Notes under the pieces: generated by a model
Told to the model about the DNA's origin: nothing
What the model saw: the letters and a program-made list of their open reading frames with translations, nothing else
The model's database searches: none
NCBI GenBank assembly: GCA_028279745.1
Contig: JANQNC010000001.1
Location: forward strand, 630,001 to 662,000
DNA from: Candidatus Nanoarchaeia archaeon
GTDB taxonomy: Archaea > Nanobdellota > Nanobdellia > Woesearchaeales > JANQNC01
DNA: 32,000 bases
Direction of reading: 5' to 3'
Shown: positions 1 to 8,525 of the stretch, one piece after another
Position numbering within the stretch: position 1 is the stretch's first letter
How the letters are laid out: the number at the start of each line of letters is the position of its first letter
Program-made: the position numbers and the translations under genes

Positions 1-3000
1 AATGGAATGTCATTCCCAGAAGGAAACATAAGCATAACATATGACAACGGAAAAGATCTGAAGATATACATACCTGAAGTTACCTATACTGATAGGAATA
101 ACTTCTCACTATTCGTATCAAAAGACGGATCAACATACTATGATGAAGGACTAACACAGATTGCAAAAGTCTCACCTAACCCTATAGTTGTTCCTAGCTT
201 AGTAATAGAACCAGATAGTGATTGGCACGGCAAGAGAACAATAGTCTTCATAGCAAACGACACAATACACAAGAAAACAAGCAACAACGTAGACATAATT
301 GTTCATAACCTAAACGATGCACCAAGGAAACACAAAGACATTGATGATATAGTAATGCTAGAGGGAACTGTTGAGTTTGTTGTAAATGTAACACCCGACT
401 ACTTATTCGATATAGACATACCTACAGACACCGAGTTTGAAGCAGATGATGAACTAACATTAACATATTCAAAACAGGGCGGCGGTGATGCTGAGTTTAT
501 CAACTTAACATTCAGCAATAACGGAGTTTATAGCGTTACAGAAGATAAACCAGTTAATATAACAGTTAAAGCACTGGATTTCCCATACTGGAACGGGTAT
601 GAAGCACTAACAGTAAAAGCAACAGACTCATACGGTAAGAGTGTTGAGACAAACTTCACAGTATACATAATAGAAGTACCAACAGATCTTAACAGAACAA
701 TACTTCCAGCATACATCCCAATGGTTGAAGATGAAACTTATCCATTTGAACTGAACAACAACTGGTTTGTGGATGTGGAAGGAGATGCAACCTACAGATA
801 CTTCGGATTAAATTCAACAAACATAACAATAGAACTGAATATCGATAGTGGAAATGGAACAATCAGAGCAGATCCAGACTGGTTTGGTGTAGCTGTAGTT
901 AATTTCTCAGCATCAGACGCGACAAGCAACGTATCAGATATGTTTGTGATAAATGTAACACCAGTAAATGACGCGCCAAGATTATATGGAGACATAGAAG
1001 TAAAACCATGGCCAAAAGATGAAAGTTATCTGGTTAATTTATCAGACCACTTCTACGAAGCATACGGAGAAGACACAAACAGTCTAGTGTTCTCAGACAT
1101 AGACATAATACCAACACTAAGCACAACCTATCATGAACTAATCGCAAACAGCTATACTAGTGAGACTGCAAACATGACCCCTGACACAGGATGGTACGGA
1201 TCAGGATGGATAACCTTCTGCGCAGACGATGGTCAGTATCAGACGTGCAGCAACATAGTAAGACTAAACATAACATCTGACAAACCGCCACAGTTAATAT
1301 CACCATTCAATAGTCCGGAAATATGGCCAGAAGATAATGTTAACTACATCAACCTAGAAGAACACTTCTGGGATGAAGAATTAGGAAGTGAGTTAGATTT
1401 CACACCATCACTAATAGGACCATTTGATGGATTCAACATAACACCATACGGGGAGTTGATTAACAGTAATGTATTACTTAACTTAAGCAACGTAAGAAAA
1501 GCAGCATACAACTTAACACTGGGAGGAGGATTCACATTCATAGCAGCAGACAACAGTGGAAGATACTTAACAACCGCATATGGAACAAACGGAACACAGA
1601 CACCAATCTTCCTATTAAGCCCACTACAACACAATGCAAAACCAATCAAGATATACAAGACAAGCATGAAAGATCCAAGCTTTGAACTACCTGAAGAGAC
1701 TTATAATTTAACAGGAAACGCAAACATTAGTGTAAGTTACACAGCTTATGAAGGAGATAAGTCAAGGAGAGTAGAAAGAAACATCGGAACAGGAATAACA
1801 GGAATAACAACAATAGATCCTATACCTGTAGTCAGTAACCAACAGTACACAGTATCAGCAGTAATAACAACAGAGAACATAAGAGATCCTGGTGAGTCTG
1901 TAACAGTGGCAATAGAATGTGATGGCATAGCAACTGAAGTAGCAATACCAGGAATGACAACACAAAAACAAGGACTGACAGATTGGGAGGATTGGGACAC
2001 AATACAAAGAGTATACAACGTAGGATCAAGCACAGAATGTAGACCAAAATTAATAATGGGATCTGGAACACTAGGTACTTTCTGGGCAGATCTATTCAAC
2101 TTCGATAAGTACTACCCTACCAACACACCTGAAAGAGAGATGTCAATAACAGAATCAAGCTTAGAATCAGCAACAGGAGGAGTAGAAGTATTCTTACCTG
2201 AACTAAACAACACACTACAAGCAATATACTTAGGAATAGACGGAACAACATACTATGATGAAAACATGACAGTAGTTGCAAGAAGATCACCAAACATGGC
2301 ATTAGTGCCAGACGAACACTGGTACGGCAACAGAACAATGGCAATAATTGCAACAGACGGAATGTTTAACAGAACATCAAACAATATAAAATTAAGAATA
2401 GAACCAGTAAATGACATTCCAATATTCAAAGGACCAATCCAAAACATACCAATGAATGAATCTGAAAGCAGAGCTGTAATACTAAGTAACTACTTCGAGG
2501 ATGTTGAAGACAAAGTAGATCTAGATTACACACTTATCACAAACACAGAACCAGGAAACATATTTGTTACCATAAATAAAACTGAAAACGAAACAAACGC
2601 AACAATAACGACTGCACCAGGATGGGTTGGGTTTGGAGAACTACAATTTAAAGCAACAGACTCAAAAGGAGCGTCCAACGAGAGCAATGTGTTCATAGTA
2701 TATGTTGGCGAGTATTCAGACAAAGTATTCGCAATACCTGGAGCAAATACAACATACTTCCTGGTAGAAGACCAAGGACCAAAACAGTTCCCAGTCAAAA
2801 ACAAATACTTCAATGACACAGATGATGATGCAGTTTATTGGTACACAATAGATGAAACCAAGTTTAATATGACTGCATGGGACGAAGACGCAGGATTCGG
2901 ATTCATCAAACCATTACCAGACTATTGTAACTTTGTAAGCTGCACAAACACAAACGGATATGACAATATAACATTACATGCACAAGACCCAATATCTGGA

Positions 3001-6000
3001 ATAGTAAACACAACAGTGCAAATGGTTGTGGAATGTGTACCGGACATACCAAGAATAGAAGACGACATATACATAACCTTCCCAGAAGATACAAACTATT
3101 ACACACTAATCGAATATGGATATGACCCGGATAAGATATGGGGTTGTGATAATGTAACTGTAGAGTATCCAAGCTACGCAAATGTAAGAGTGAATCTATC
3201 AACATTCGATGGATTCAACATGAGCTTCCAGCCAGAACCTAACTTCAACGGAATAGAGATAATCAATGTTACATTAACAGATGCTTATGGACTACAGAAT
3301 TCAACAATCGTAACAATAAACGTTACACCAATAGATGATCCAACACAACTTAACTGGACACCTTATGGATATACAATACCTGAAGATACTAACTTAACAG
3401 AAAACGTAAGCGACAAGATATGGGATGTTGATAACGTATTAACATTAAATGCTACATACGATCCGTCAGTAATTGCATCAATAATATTTGAGCCGACCAT
3501 GACCGTAGTCCCACTGATACAGAATTTCCTACAACAGATGATAGTGACACCAGTAATGGATTGGTTTGGCTTAACATTCTTCGATGTATATGCTACAAAC
3601 GAATCAGGAGATGTTGTTGCAAATGTTTCATTGTATCTAAATGTAACACCAGTCAACGATGCACCAGTATGTGACGAGCAGATTGCAGATCAGGTAATGT
3701 GCGAAGATACCTTGCTTGACATACTGATAAATGGAAACATAATAGATGTAGATAATGAAACATTAAATTACTTTGCACAAAATTTGACTGCAGGAATTGA
3801 TAATGTGACATTCTTCAACGGGTGGAGAGATGAAGAAACATTATCAGAAAACATACACTCCGTTACAGAATTTAATGATGTGCTTTATGCAGTAGGAGAT
3901 GATGGATACATTGCAAGATACTATGATAAAGGTAATTGCACTGCAGAGTATGGATGGGAGCAGGTAGAAAATACCTCAACTGCCAATGATTTACGAGCGG
4001 TCCATGGATACAACGGAATGTTGTTCACAGCAGGAGACAATGGAGAAGTTGATGTGTATAATGGAACATGGAACAATGTAAGTAAATTTACAAGTTTAGA
4101 TCTTCACGCACTGGAAACATACGATAATAAGCTATGGGTTGGAGGAGATGAAGGAGAGATATGGACATATAATGGAAACAACTGGACCAATATGACTAAC
4201 TTATTCATCAACAGCCACGTAAGACATCTGAAAGCATTTGACGAAATACTGTATGTGGGACAGTCATCAGGAACACACGGAGAAAAAATAGATTATTACA
4301 ACACGAGCGAATGGAGAAACATAGTTAATGAACCATTAAACGGAAGCATAAAGGCAATGGAAGAATATGACGGAAAACTATTCGTTTCAGATGATAATGG
4401 AAGTATCGCGCACTTAGTTGAAGAAACATGGACATACCTAACAGGAACAAATGTCAATGACATAGAAAGTATGACTGTCTTTGATGGAATGTTATATACC
4501 GGTGGCGCTAGTGGAGAGATCGATAGATTTGATGGCACAGTATGGGAAAACGTGACAGGAACAACAACAGGGTTCACAACAGAGATGATACCATATAAAC
4601 ACTCCAAATATAACAATAATAGAGATTACCTATTCACATTCTCAAACGGAGATGTAGATTCATATACAGGAGGATTCACAGCAGTAATCAATAGTTCAGA
4701 CAACTGGTTTGGAAATGCAAATGCAACAATAGGCGCGACAGATGGTGAAATGAACGGAACATGCGACCCAATCAATATAGAAGTGACACCAGTTGAAGAT
4801 AATCCAACATTTGTCTCAATGTGGCCATGGATCAACACAGTAAGCATACTGACAGAATCATATGATGTTGATAACTTGTACTCATACCTACAGAACTTAA
4901 CATTAGATGTGTATAATGCAACCATCGAGAACAATGGAAGCTTATTATGTAGTGGTGTAAATGTTGAAAATGTAAGTTGTGAGTTCCCACAACCTGAAGA
5001 TAACATGACACACACCGTGTTCGGATACTTATACGACAGCAACGGAAATGAGGCAGATAACAATCCACTAAATGCAAGCTATGAGTTTAATCCACCTACT
5101 GTTAACACAAATGCAGATGAAAGATTCTGGTTCATAGGGGATAATGGAACAATCACAATAGGAACAACAGATGATACCGGATTATTGAATATTCAGTACT
5201 GCGTAGCAGATTATTATGAAGATGACTGCACAATAAATGAAACTGTTGCAGCGAGTGGAACTGTGAACTCACTAATACTAAGTGTAGAATGTGCACCTAC
5301 AGATATAATGTGCAGAACAAAAGTCAAGTTCACAGCACAAGACATCTTCGGAAACTATGCAGAAGAAGGAAGTGGAAGAGTCAACATGATATATGGCTCA
5401 GAAATCTATAATACCACCGTCAATGAAACAAGAAACGGAGAAAAAGTAGTTGTGTTAAATGGATCAGTAGTAAACAACTCAAACATAATCAGAAGTCTAG
5501 TAAGAAACGTAACATACAACGAAGTGACAATAATAGACAGTGAAGACAAGAATAGTGTAACAAGTAATGCTATGATCTTTGTTGATCCATCAATACTAGA
5601 AAATAACACATACATAGGACCTAACACTTTGATCAATGCAATAATCAAACACAGCACAATAGAAGATAGCGATGTAAGAGACTCAGAAGGATGCCACATG
5701 ATAATAAATGAAAGCACCATAATAAATGGAGCGATAATAAATGGAACTGTGACCTGGAACGGAACAGTCTATAGTGCAGGTGAGCTAACAATAAAAGATG
5801 AAAATACAAATTGTGTATTCGATCAGTTCGAGCAAATACAAACACCACCTTCCGGAGGCGGAGGCGGCGGCGGAAGCTGCACACCTAACTGGGAATGCAC
5901 AGAGTGGACAGAATGCGGATATTATAGCGGCATAAGGACAAGGACTTGCATAGACACAAGAAATTGCAACAGAGACAGACCTGTAGAAAGAGAAACTTGC

Positions 6001-6813
6001 AGAGGAATACCTGCATGCTCAGACGGATTATGGAACAATGGAGAAGAAGGAGTAGATTGCGGAGGCAAATGCACGCCTTGTTCAGGTGAAGAAGAAATAA
6101 CCGGCAGACCAATCATAGAAAGACCTGTAACTCCAATTGAAGAACAACCAGACACAATAGAGCCTCCAGTAGAGGAAGAAACAAAAGTTCCTTGGTGGTT
6201 CTTACTACTATTACTATTGTTCATAGTTGCAGTAATAGGATTCATTGCAGCAGACATGAGAAAGAGACAAACAGTAATCCCAACAGTTAAAGAATCAGTT
6301 ACACCAGTAGCAGTAGCTGAAAAACCAAAACAAGGAGTGTTGATGGTTGAGGTAGAAGAGTTAGAAAAATCAATACAGTCAGTGTTAGGCAGCGGATTTA
6401 CTGTAGAAGATGTCAAACAAGCACTAATGAGAAAAGGATGGGACGAACAAACAGTTAACTTTGCATTGAAAGAAGCAGTTATCAAGAAGTATAAACTGCA
6501 TGAACCTCACGGTGAATTAGAGAAATTAGAAAAATCAATATCATCCGTAGTTGGACACGGATATACTTGCCAAGACATCAGGAAGTCATTAGTCAAGAAA
6601 GGCTGGCCAAGAGATGTGGTAGATGAGGCATTACATGAAACAGTAGTAAGAAATGAGAAACTACATGAAGTACATAATGATGTTGAACAACTGGTTAACT
6701 CTATCAAAGCAGTAAGGTGTCATGGATATGCTAAGGACGCAATCAAGAAAAAGCTATTAGATAAAGGATGGCCTCTTGCTAAAGTGAATGAAGCTATGAA
6801 AAAAGTTCCTTAA
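1..6813 (+). CDS. Giant type I membrane surface protein (adhesin-like); N-terminus probably lies outside the window
   Basis: Frame 1 is open from nt 1 (first ATG at nt 7, no upstream stop). Cadherin-like linker motifs recur: NLNDAP, VTPVNDAP, EPVNDIP, VTPIDDP, VTPVNDAP, VTPVEDNP at nt ~310, 965, 2405, 3325, 3650, 4790. N-x-S/T sequons are very dense (at least 14 in the first ~320 aa by eye). A single TM helix WWFLLLLLLFIVAVIGFIAA (nt ~6193-6252) is followed by MRKRQ. Confidence 0.85.
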   Translation, partial: NGMSFPEGNISITYDNGKDLKIYIPEVTYTDRNNFSLFVSKDGSTYYDEGLTQIAKVSPNPIVVPSLVIEPDSDWHGKRTIVFIANDTIHKKTSNNVDIIVHNLNDAPRKHKDIDDIVMLEGTVEFVVNVTPDYLFDIDIPTDTEFEADDELTLTYSKQGGGDAEFINLTFSNNGVYSVTEDKPVNITVKALDFPYWNGYEALTVKATDSYGKSVETNFTVYIIEVPTDLNRTILPAYIPMVEDETYPFELNNNWFVDVEGDATYRYFGLNSTNITIELNIDSGNGTIRADPDWFGVAVVNFSASDATSNVSDMFVINVTPVNDAPRLYGDIEVKPWPKDESYLVNLSDHFYEAYGEDTNSLVFSDIDIIPTLSTTYHELIANSYTSETANMTPDTGWYGSGWITFCADDGQYQTCSNIVRLNITSDKPPQLISPFNSPEIWPEDNVNYINLEEHFWDEELGSELDFTPSLIGPFDGFNITPYGELINSNVLLNLSNVRKAAYNLTLGGGFTFIAADNSGRYLTTAYGTNGTQTPIFLLSPLQHNAKPIKIYKTSMKDPSFELPEETYNLTGNANISVSYTAYEGDKSRRVERNIGTGITGITTIDPIPVVSNQQYTVSAVITTENIRDPGESVTVAIECDGIATEVAIPGMTTQKQGLTDWEDWDTIQRVYNVGSSTECRPKLIMGSGTLGTFWADLFNFDKYYPTNTPEREMSITESSLESATGGVEVFLPELNNTLQAIYLGIDGTTYYDENMTVVARRSPNMALVPDEHWYGNRTMAIIATDGMFNRTSNNIKLRIEPVNDIPIFKGPIQNIPMNESESRAVILSNYFEDVEDKVDLDYTLITNTEPGNIFVTINKTENETNATITTAPGWVGFGELQFKATDSKGASNESNVFIVYVGEYSDKVFAIPGANTTYFLVEDQGPKQFPVKNKYFNDTDDDAVYWYTIDETKFNMTAWDEDAGFGFIKPLPDYCNFVSCTNTNGYDNITLHAQDPISGIVNTTVQMVVECVPDIPRIEDDIYITFPEDTNYYTLIEYGYDPDKIWGCDNVTVEYPSYANVRVNLSTFDGFNMSFQPEPNFNGIEIINVTLTDAYGLQNSTIVTINVTPIDDPTQLNWTPYGYTIPEDTNLTENVSDKIWDVDNVLTLNATYDPSVIASIIFEPTMTVVPLIQNFLQQMIVTPVMDWFGLTFFDVYATNESGDVVANVSLYLNVTPVNDAPVCDEQIADQVMCEDTLLDILINGNIIDVDNETLNYFAQNLTAGIDNVTFFNGWRDEETLSENIHSVTEFNDVLYAVGDDGYIARYYDKGNCTAEYGWEQVENTSTANDLRAVHGYNGMLFTAGDNGEVDVYNGTWNNVSKFTSLDLHALETYDNKLWVGGDEGEIWTYNGNNWTNMTNLFINSHVRHLKAFDEILYVGQSSGTHGEKIDYYNTSEWRNIVNEPLNGSIKAMEEYDGKLFVSDDNGSIAHLVEETWTYLTGTNVNDIESMTVFDGMLYTGGASGEIDRFDGTVWENVTGTTTGFTTEMIPYKHSKYNNNRDYLFTFSNGDVDSYTGGFTAVINSSDNWFGNANATIGATDGEMNGTCDPINIEVTPVEDNPTFVSMWPWINTVSILTESYDVDNLYSYLQNLTLDVYNATIENNGSLLCSGVNVENVSCEFPQPEDNMTHTVFGYLYDSNGNEADNNPLNASYEFNPPTVNTNADERFWFIGDNGTITIGTTDDTGLLNIQYCVADYYEDDCTINETVAASGTVNSLILSVECAPTDIMCRTKVKFTAQDIFGNYAEEGSGRVNMIYGSEIYNTTVNETRNGEKVVVLNGSVVNNSNIIRSLVRNVTYNEVTIIDSEDKNSVTSNAMIFVDPSILENNTYIGPNTLINAIIKHSTIEDSDVRDSEGCHMIINESTIINGAIINGTVTWNGTVYSAGELTIKDENTNCVFDQFEQIQTPPSGGGGGGGSCTPNWECTEWTECGYYSGIRTRTCIDTRNCNRDRPVERETCRGIPACSDGLWNNGEEGVDCGGKCTPCSGEEEITGRPIIERPVTPIEEQPDTIEPPVEEETKVPWWFLLLLLLFIVAVIGFIAADMRKRQTVIPTVKESVTPVAVAEKPKQGVLMVEVEELEKSIQSVLGSGFTVEDVKQALMRKGWDEQTVNFALKEAVIKKYKLHEPHGELEKLEKSISSVVGHGYTCQDIRKSLVKKGWPRDVVDEALHETVVRNEKLHEVHNDVEQLVNSIKAVRCHGYAKDAIKKKLLDKGWPLAKVNEAMKKVP
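3841..4673 (+). other. Beta-propeller-like block (about 7 blades of ~40-45 aa) inside the giant CDS
   Basis: Recurring pattern h-x-x-[FY]-[DN]-x-x-L-[YFW]-x-G-x-x-G-x-I-x-x-[YF]-[DN]-G-x-x-W-x-N. Examples: LYAVGDDGYIARYY, LFTAGDNGEVDVYNGTWNNV, LWVGGDEGEIWTYNGNNWTN, LYVGQSSG..IDYYNTSEWRN, LFVSDDNGSIAHLVEETWTYL, LYTGGASGEIDRFDGTVWENV, LFTFSNGDVDSY. Confidence 0.5.
5878..6081 (+). other. Two Cys-rich extracellular modules (TSP1-like, then a GVDCGGxCxxC module) preceded by a Gly7 linker
   Basis: PPSGGGGGGGS linker (GC-rich run at nt ~5849-5877). Then CTPNWECTEWTECGYYSGIRTRTCIDTRNC, followed by CSDGLWNNGEEGVDCGGKCTPC. Confidence 0.5.
6346..6810 (+). repeat. Three tandem ~55-codon repeats encoding the cytoplasmic tail of the giant protein
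   Basis: The three units are ELEKSIQSVLGSGFTVEDVKQALMRKGWDEQTVNFALKEAV, LEKLEKSISSVVGHGYTCQDIRKSLVKKGWPRDVVDEALHETV and VEQLVNSIKAVRCHGYAKDAIKKKLLDKGWPLAKVNEAMKKV. The period is ~165 nt (units start near 6349, 6514, 6681). Confidence 0.8.
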
Positions 6814-6821
6814 GTCAAAAA

Positions 6822-7331
6822 ATGGAAGACATACACAATAAATGGCCCCACAGATGGGTAAATTCAAAAGCAGCATCTGAAAACTCTAAACTGCATGGTC
6901 TTGGGGTATTCGCTAAAGAAGAAATAAAAAAAGGAGAACTAATCTGCATTCTTGGAGGAGTTATAGTTCCCAGTTCTGAAATTAAAGAATACTGGGGCAA
7001 GATGAGTCATGTGGGGATACAGATCCACGAGGACTTTTTTATGGTTCCCACAACAAGAGAAGAGTTAGAACAAAACGGTGTATTTAACCATTCTTGTGAA
7101 CCAAATATCGGCTTCTTGGAGGATATCCAGTTTGTAGCAATAAAAGATATACAACCTGGAGAAGAGTTGGTTTTTGATTACGCATTTAGCGAAACTTTAA
7201 TGGACCCTTTTGAATGTAAATGCGAGTCTGACAAATGTAGGAAAACAATAACTTCTAACGACTGGAAAATCAAAGAAATACAAACAAAATATAAAAAATA
7301 CTTCTCTCCTTATTTAAGAAGAAAAATTTAA
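6822..7331 (+). CDS. SET-domain protein lysine methyltransferase (169 aa) with a post-SET Cys cluster
   Basis: GLGVFAKEEIKKGELI, the canonical NHSCEPN (nt ~7086-7106), GEELVFDYAF, and post-SET CKCESDKC (nt ~7215-7238). The ATG is 8 nt after the stop of the giant gene. Confidence 0.85.
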   Translation: MEDIHNKWPHRWVNSKAASENSKLHGLGVFAKEEIKKGELICILGGVIVPSSEIKEYWGKMSHVGIQIHEDFFMVPTTREELEQNGVFNHSCEPNIGFLEDIQFVAIKDIQPGEELVFDYAFSETLMDPFECKCESDKCRKTITSNDWKIKEIQTKYKKYFSPYLRRKI

Positions 7332-7337
7332 AAAAAA

Positions 7338-7940
7338 TTATTCTTCTGTGAAATCTTCAACAGTTGGTTCGAATTCTTTATCTGAAGAGATCATACCTTT
7401 AGCTTTTAGGAACTCTCTAGTTAAAATCCAGAATATCAAACCTAAAGATTTCTTACCTTTGTTGTTACACGGAACAACCAAGTCTAAATTGTTTGTCTGG
7501 TTATTGGTGTCACATAAAGCGATGACTGGCACACCAATATTCATAGCGTCATCAACGATGTTCTTGTCAGGCCAAGGGTCTGCAACAAGAATAACTTTTG
7601 GTTCTATGAAGTTTTCAAGTTGAGCGTTAGTCATAACACCTGGCGGATAACGTCCTGCAAATATCTTAATCCCTGTGTGCTTACCTGTTAGTTTAGCGGG
7701 CTTCCAAGCATTCTCCCTTCTAGCTGCAATAACAATCTCTTCAGGTTCATACTGAGCCAAAAGCTTAGCTGCTACATTGATTCTTTCATCAATCTTTTTC
7801 AAATTAAGAACTGATAGACCATCTGGTCTTGTCTTATAGATGAAATTCTCCATGTACTTAGTCTTAAACTTAGTACCTATGTGGATACCTGATTTCAGAT
7901 AAACATCTGAGGGTATCAACAAATTATCTTCTTCTGCCAT
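7338..7940 (-). CDS. rps2: 30S ribosomal protein uS2 (archaeal/eukaryotic type)
   Basis: 200 aa. LIPSDVYLKSGIHIGTKFKTKYMENFIYKTRPDGLSVLNLKKIDERI, then ILVADPWPDKNIVDDAMNIGVPVIALCDTNN, are typical of archaeal uS2. Confidence 0.9.
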   Translation of the reverse strand: MAEEDNLLIPSDVYLKSGIHIGTKFKTKYMENFIYKTRPDGLSVLNLKKIDERINVAAKLLAQYEPEEIVIAARRENAWKPAKLTGKHTGIKIFAGRYPPGVMTNAQLENFIEPKVILVADPWPDKNIVDDAMNIGVPVIALCDTNNQTNNLDLVVPCNNKGKKSLGLIFWILTREFLKAKGMISSDKEFEPTVEDFTEE

Positions 7941-8043
7941 ATTTTATACCTTCTGCAAAGAAATCTTATGTTTCATTGCACTTTTTTTTGCCTCATGCAA
8001 ATTCGGCTTTACAGCTAATAGTTATAGGTTTATTTATAAATCT

Positions 8044-8472
8044 TTACCTTATCAGATCTGCTGTGACAGCGCTTAAACTAGCAGGTAATGCAAGTATTAT
8101 AGACCTCTTAAACGCAACAATGGGGTGTAATTGCCAAGGTGCTTTCTCAATCATCACCAGAAGAAATGTTACAGTAGCAAAAATGACCACATAAGAAGAA
8201 AGTACTTTTTTCCAATAACCCCAATCTTCCAAAGTTACAACAACATGTTTATACCCCGTGTGGAAAGTTGCAACCGCAATTATGAATAAAGAAAAGATAA
8301 ATATTATTCCAACATTAAATTCTTGTATTGTCTCACCAATACGCCAAACCTCTTCAGTAAAAGCCACAGGAACAGCCAATAAACAAGAACCAAAAATTAA
8401 CTGCGCAATATCCTCAGGATGAATCTCGTGTGCAGTCTTCTTCCTTTTGTGATGGTTATTGAACAAATTCAA
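8044..8472 (-). CDS. Uncharacterised multi-pass integral membrane protein (~4 TM)
   Basis: Hydrophobic segments LIFGSCLLAVPVAF, IIFIFSLFIIAVATF, YVVIFATVTFLLVMI and IILALPASLSAV follow a basic N-terminus. Only TTG starts are available (8472 or 8466). A TATA-like ATTTATAAATC lies ~35 nt upstream. Confidence 0.6.
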   Translation of the reverse strand: MNLFNNHHKRKKTAHEIHPEDIAQLIFGSCLLAVPVAFTEEVWRIGETIQEFNVGIIFIFSLFIIAVATFHTGYKHVVVTLEDWGYWKKVLSSYVVIFATVTFLLVMIEKAPWQLHPIVAFKRSIILALPASLSAVTADLIR

Positions 8473-8525
8473 ACCTCTTTTTAGGATTTATTGGTTTTTT
8501 GATTTATAAATGTTACTGAAAAGAA

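Noticed and set aside
5849-5877. The GGAGGCGGAGGCGGCGGCGGA run as a possible slippage or phase-variation tract, or a foreign GC island.
   Set aside because: It is a mixed GGA/GGC codon run with no homopolymer or perfect short tandem repeat. It encodes an in-frame Gly7 linker between domains, so it has an ordinary linker function.
528-6707. About twenty 60-190-aa minus-strand ORFs inside the giant plus-strand gene (for example 528..716, 1344..1667, 4626..5063, 5922..6485).
   Set aside because: They are antisense shadows of a purine-rich coding strand. They have low-complexity Leu/Ser/Cys-rich translations, no SD or TATA context, and each is fully contained in a much longer motif-bearing ORF.
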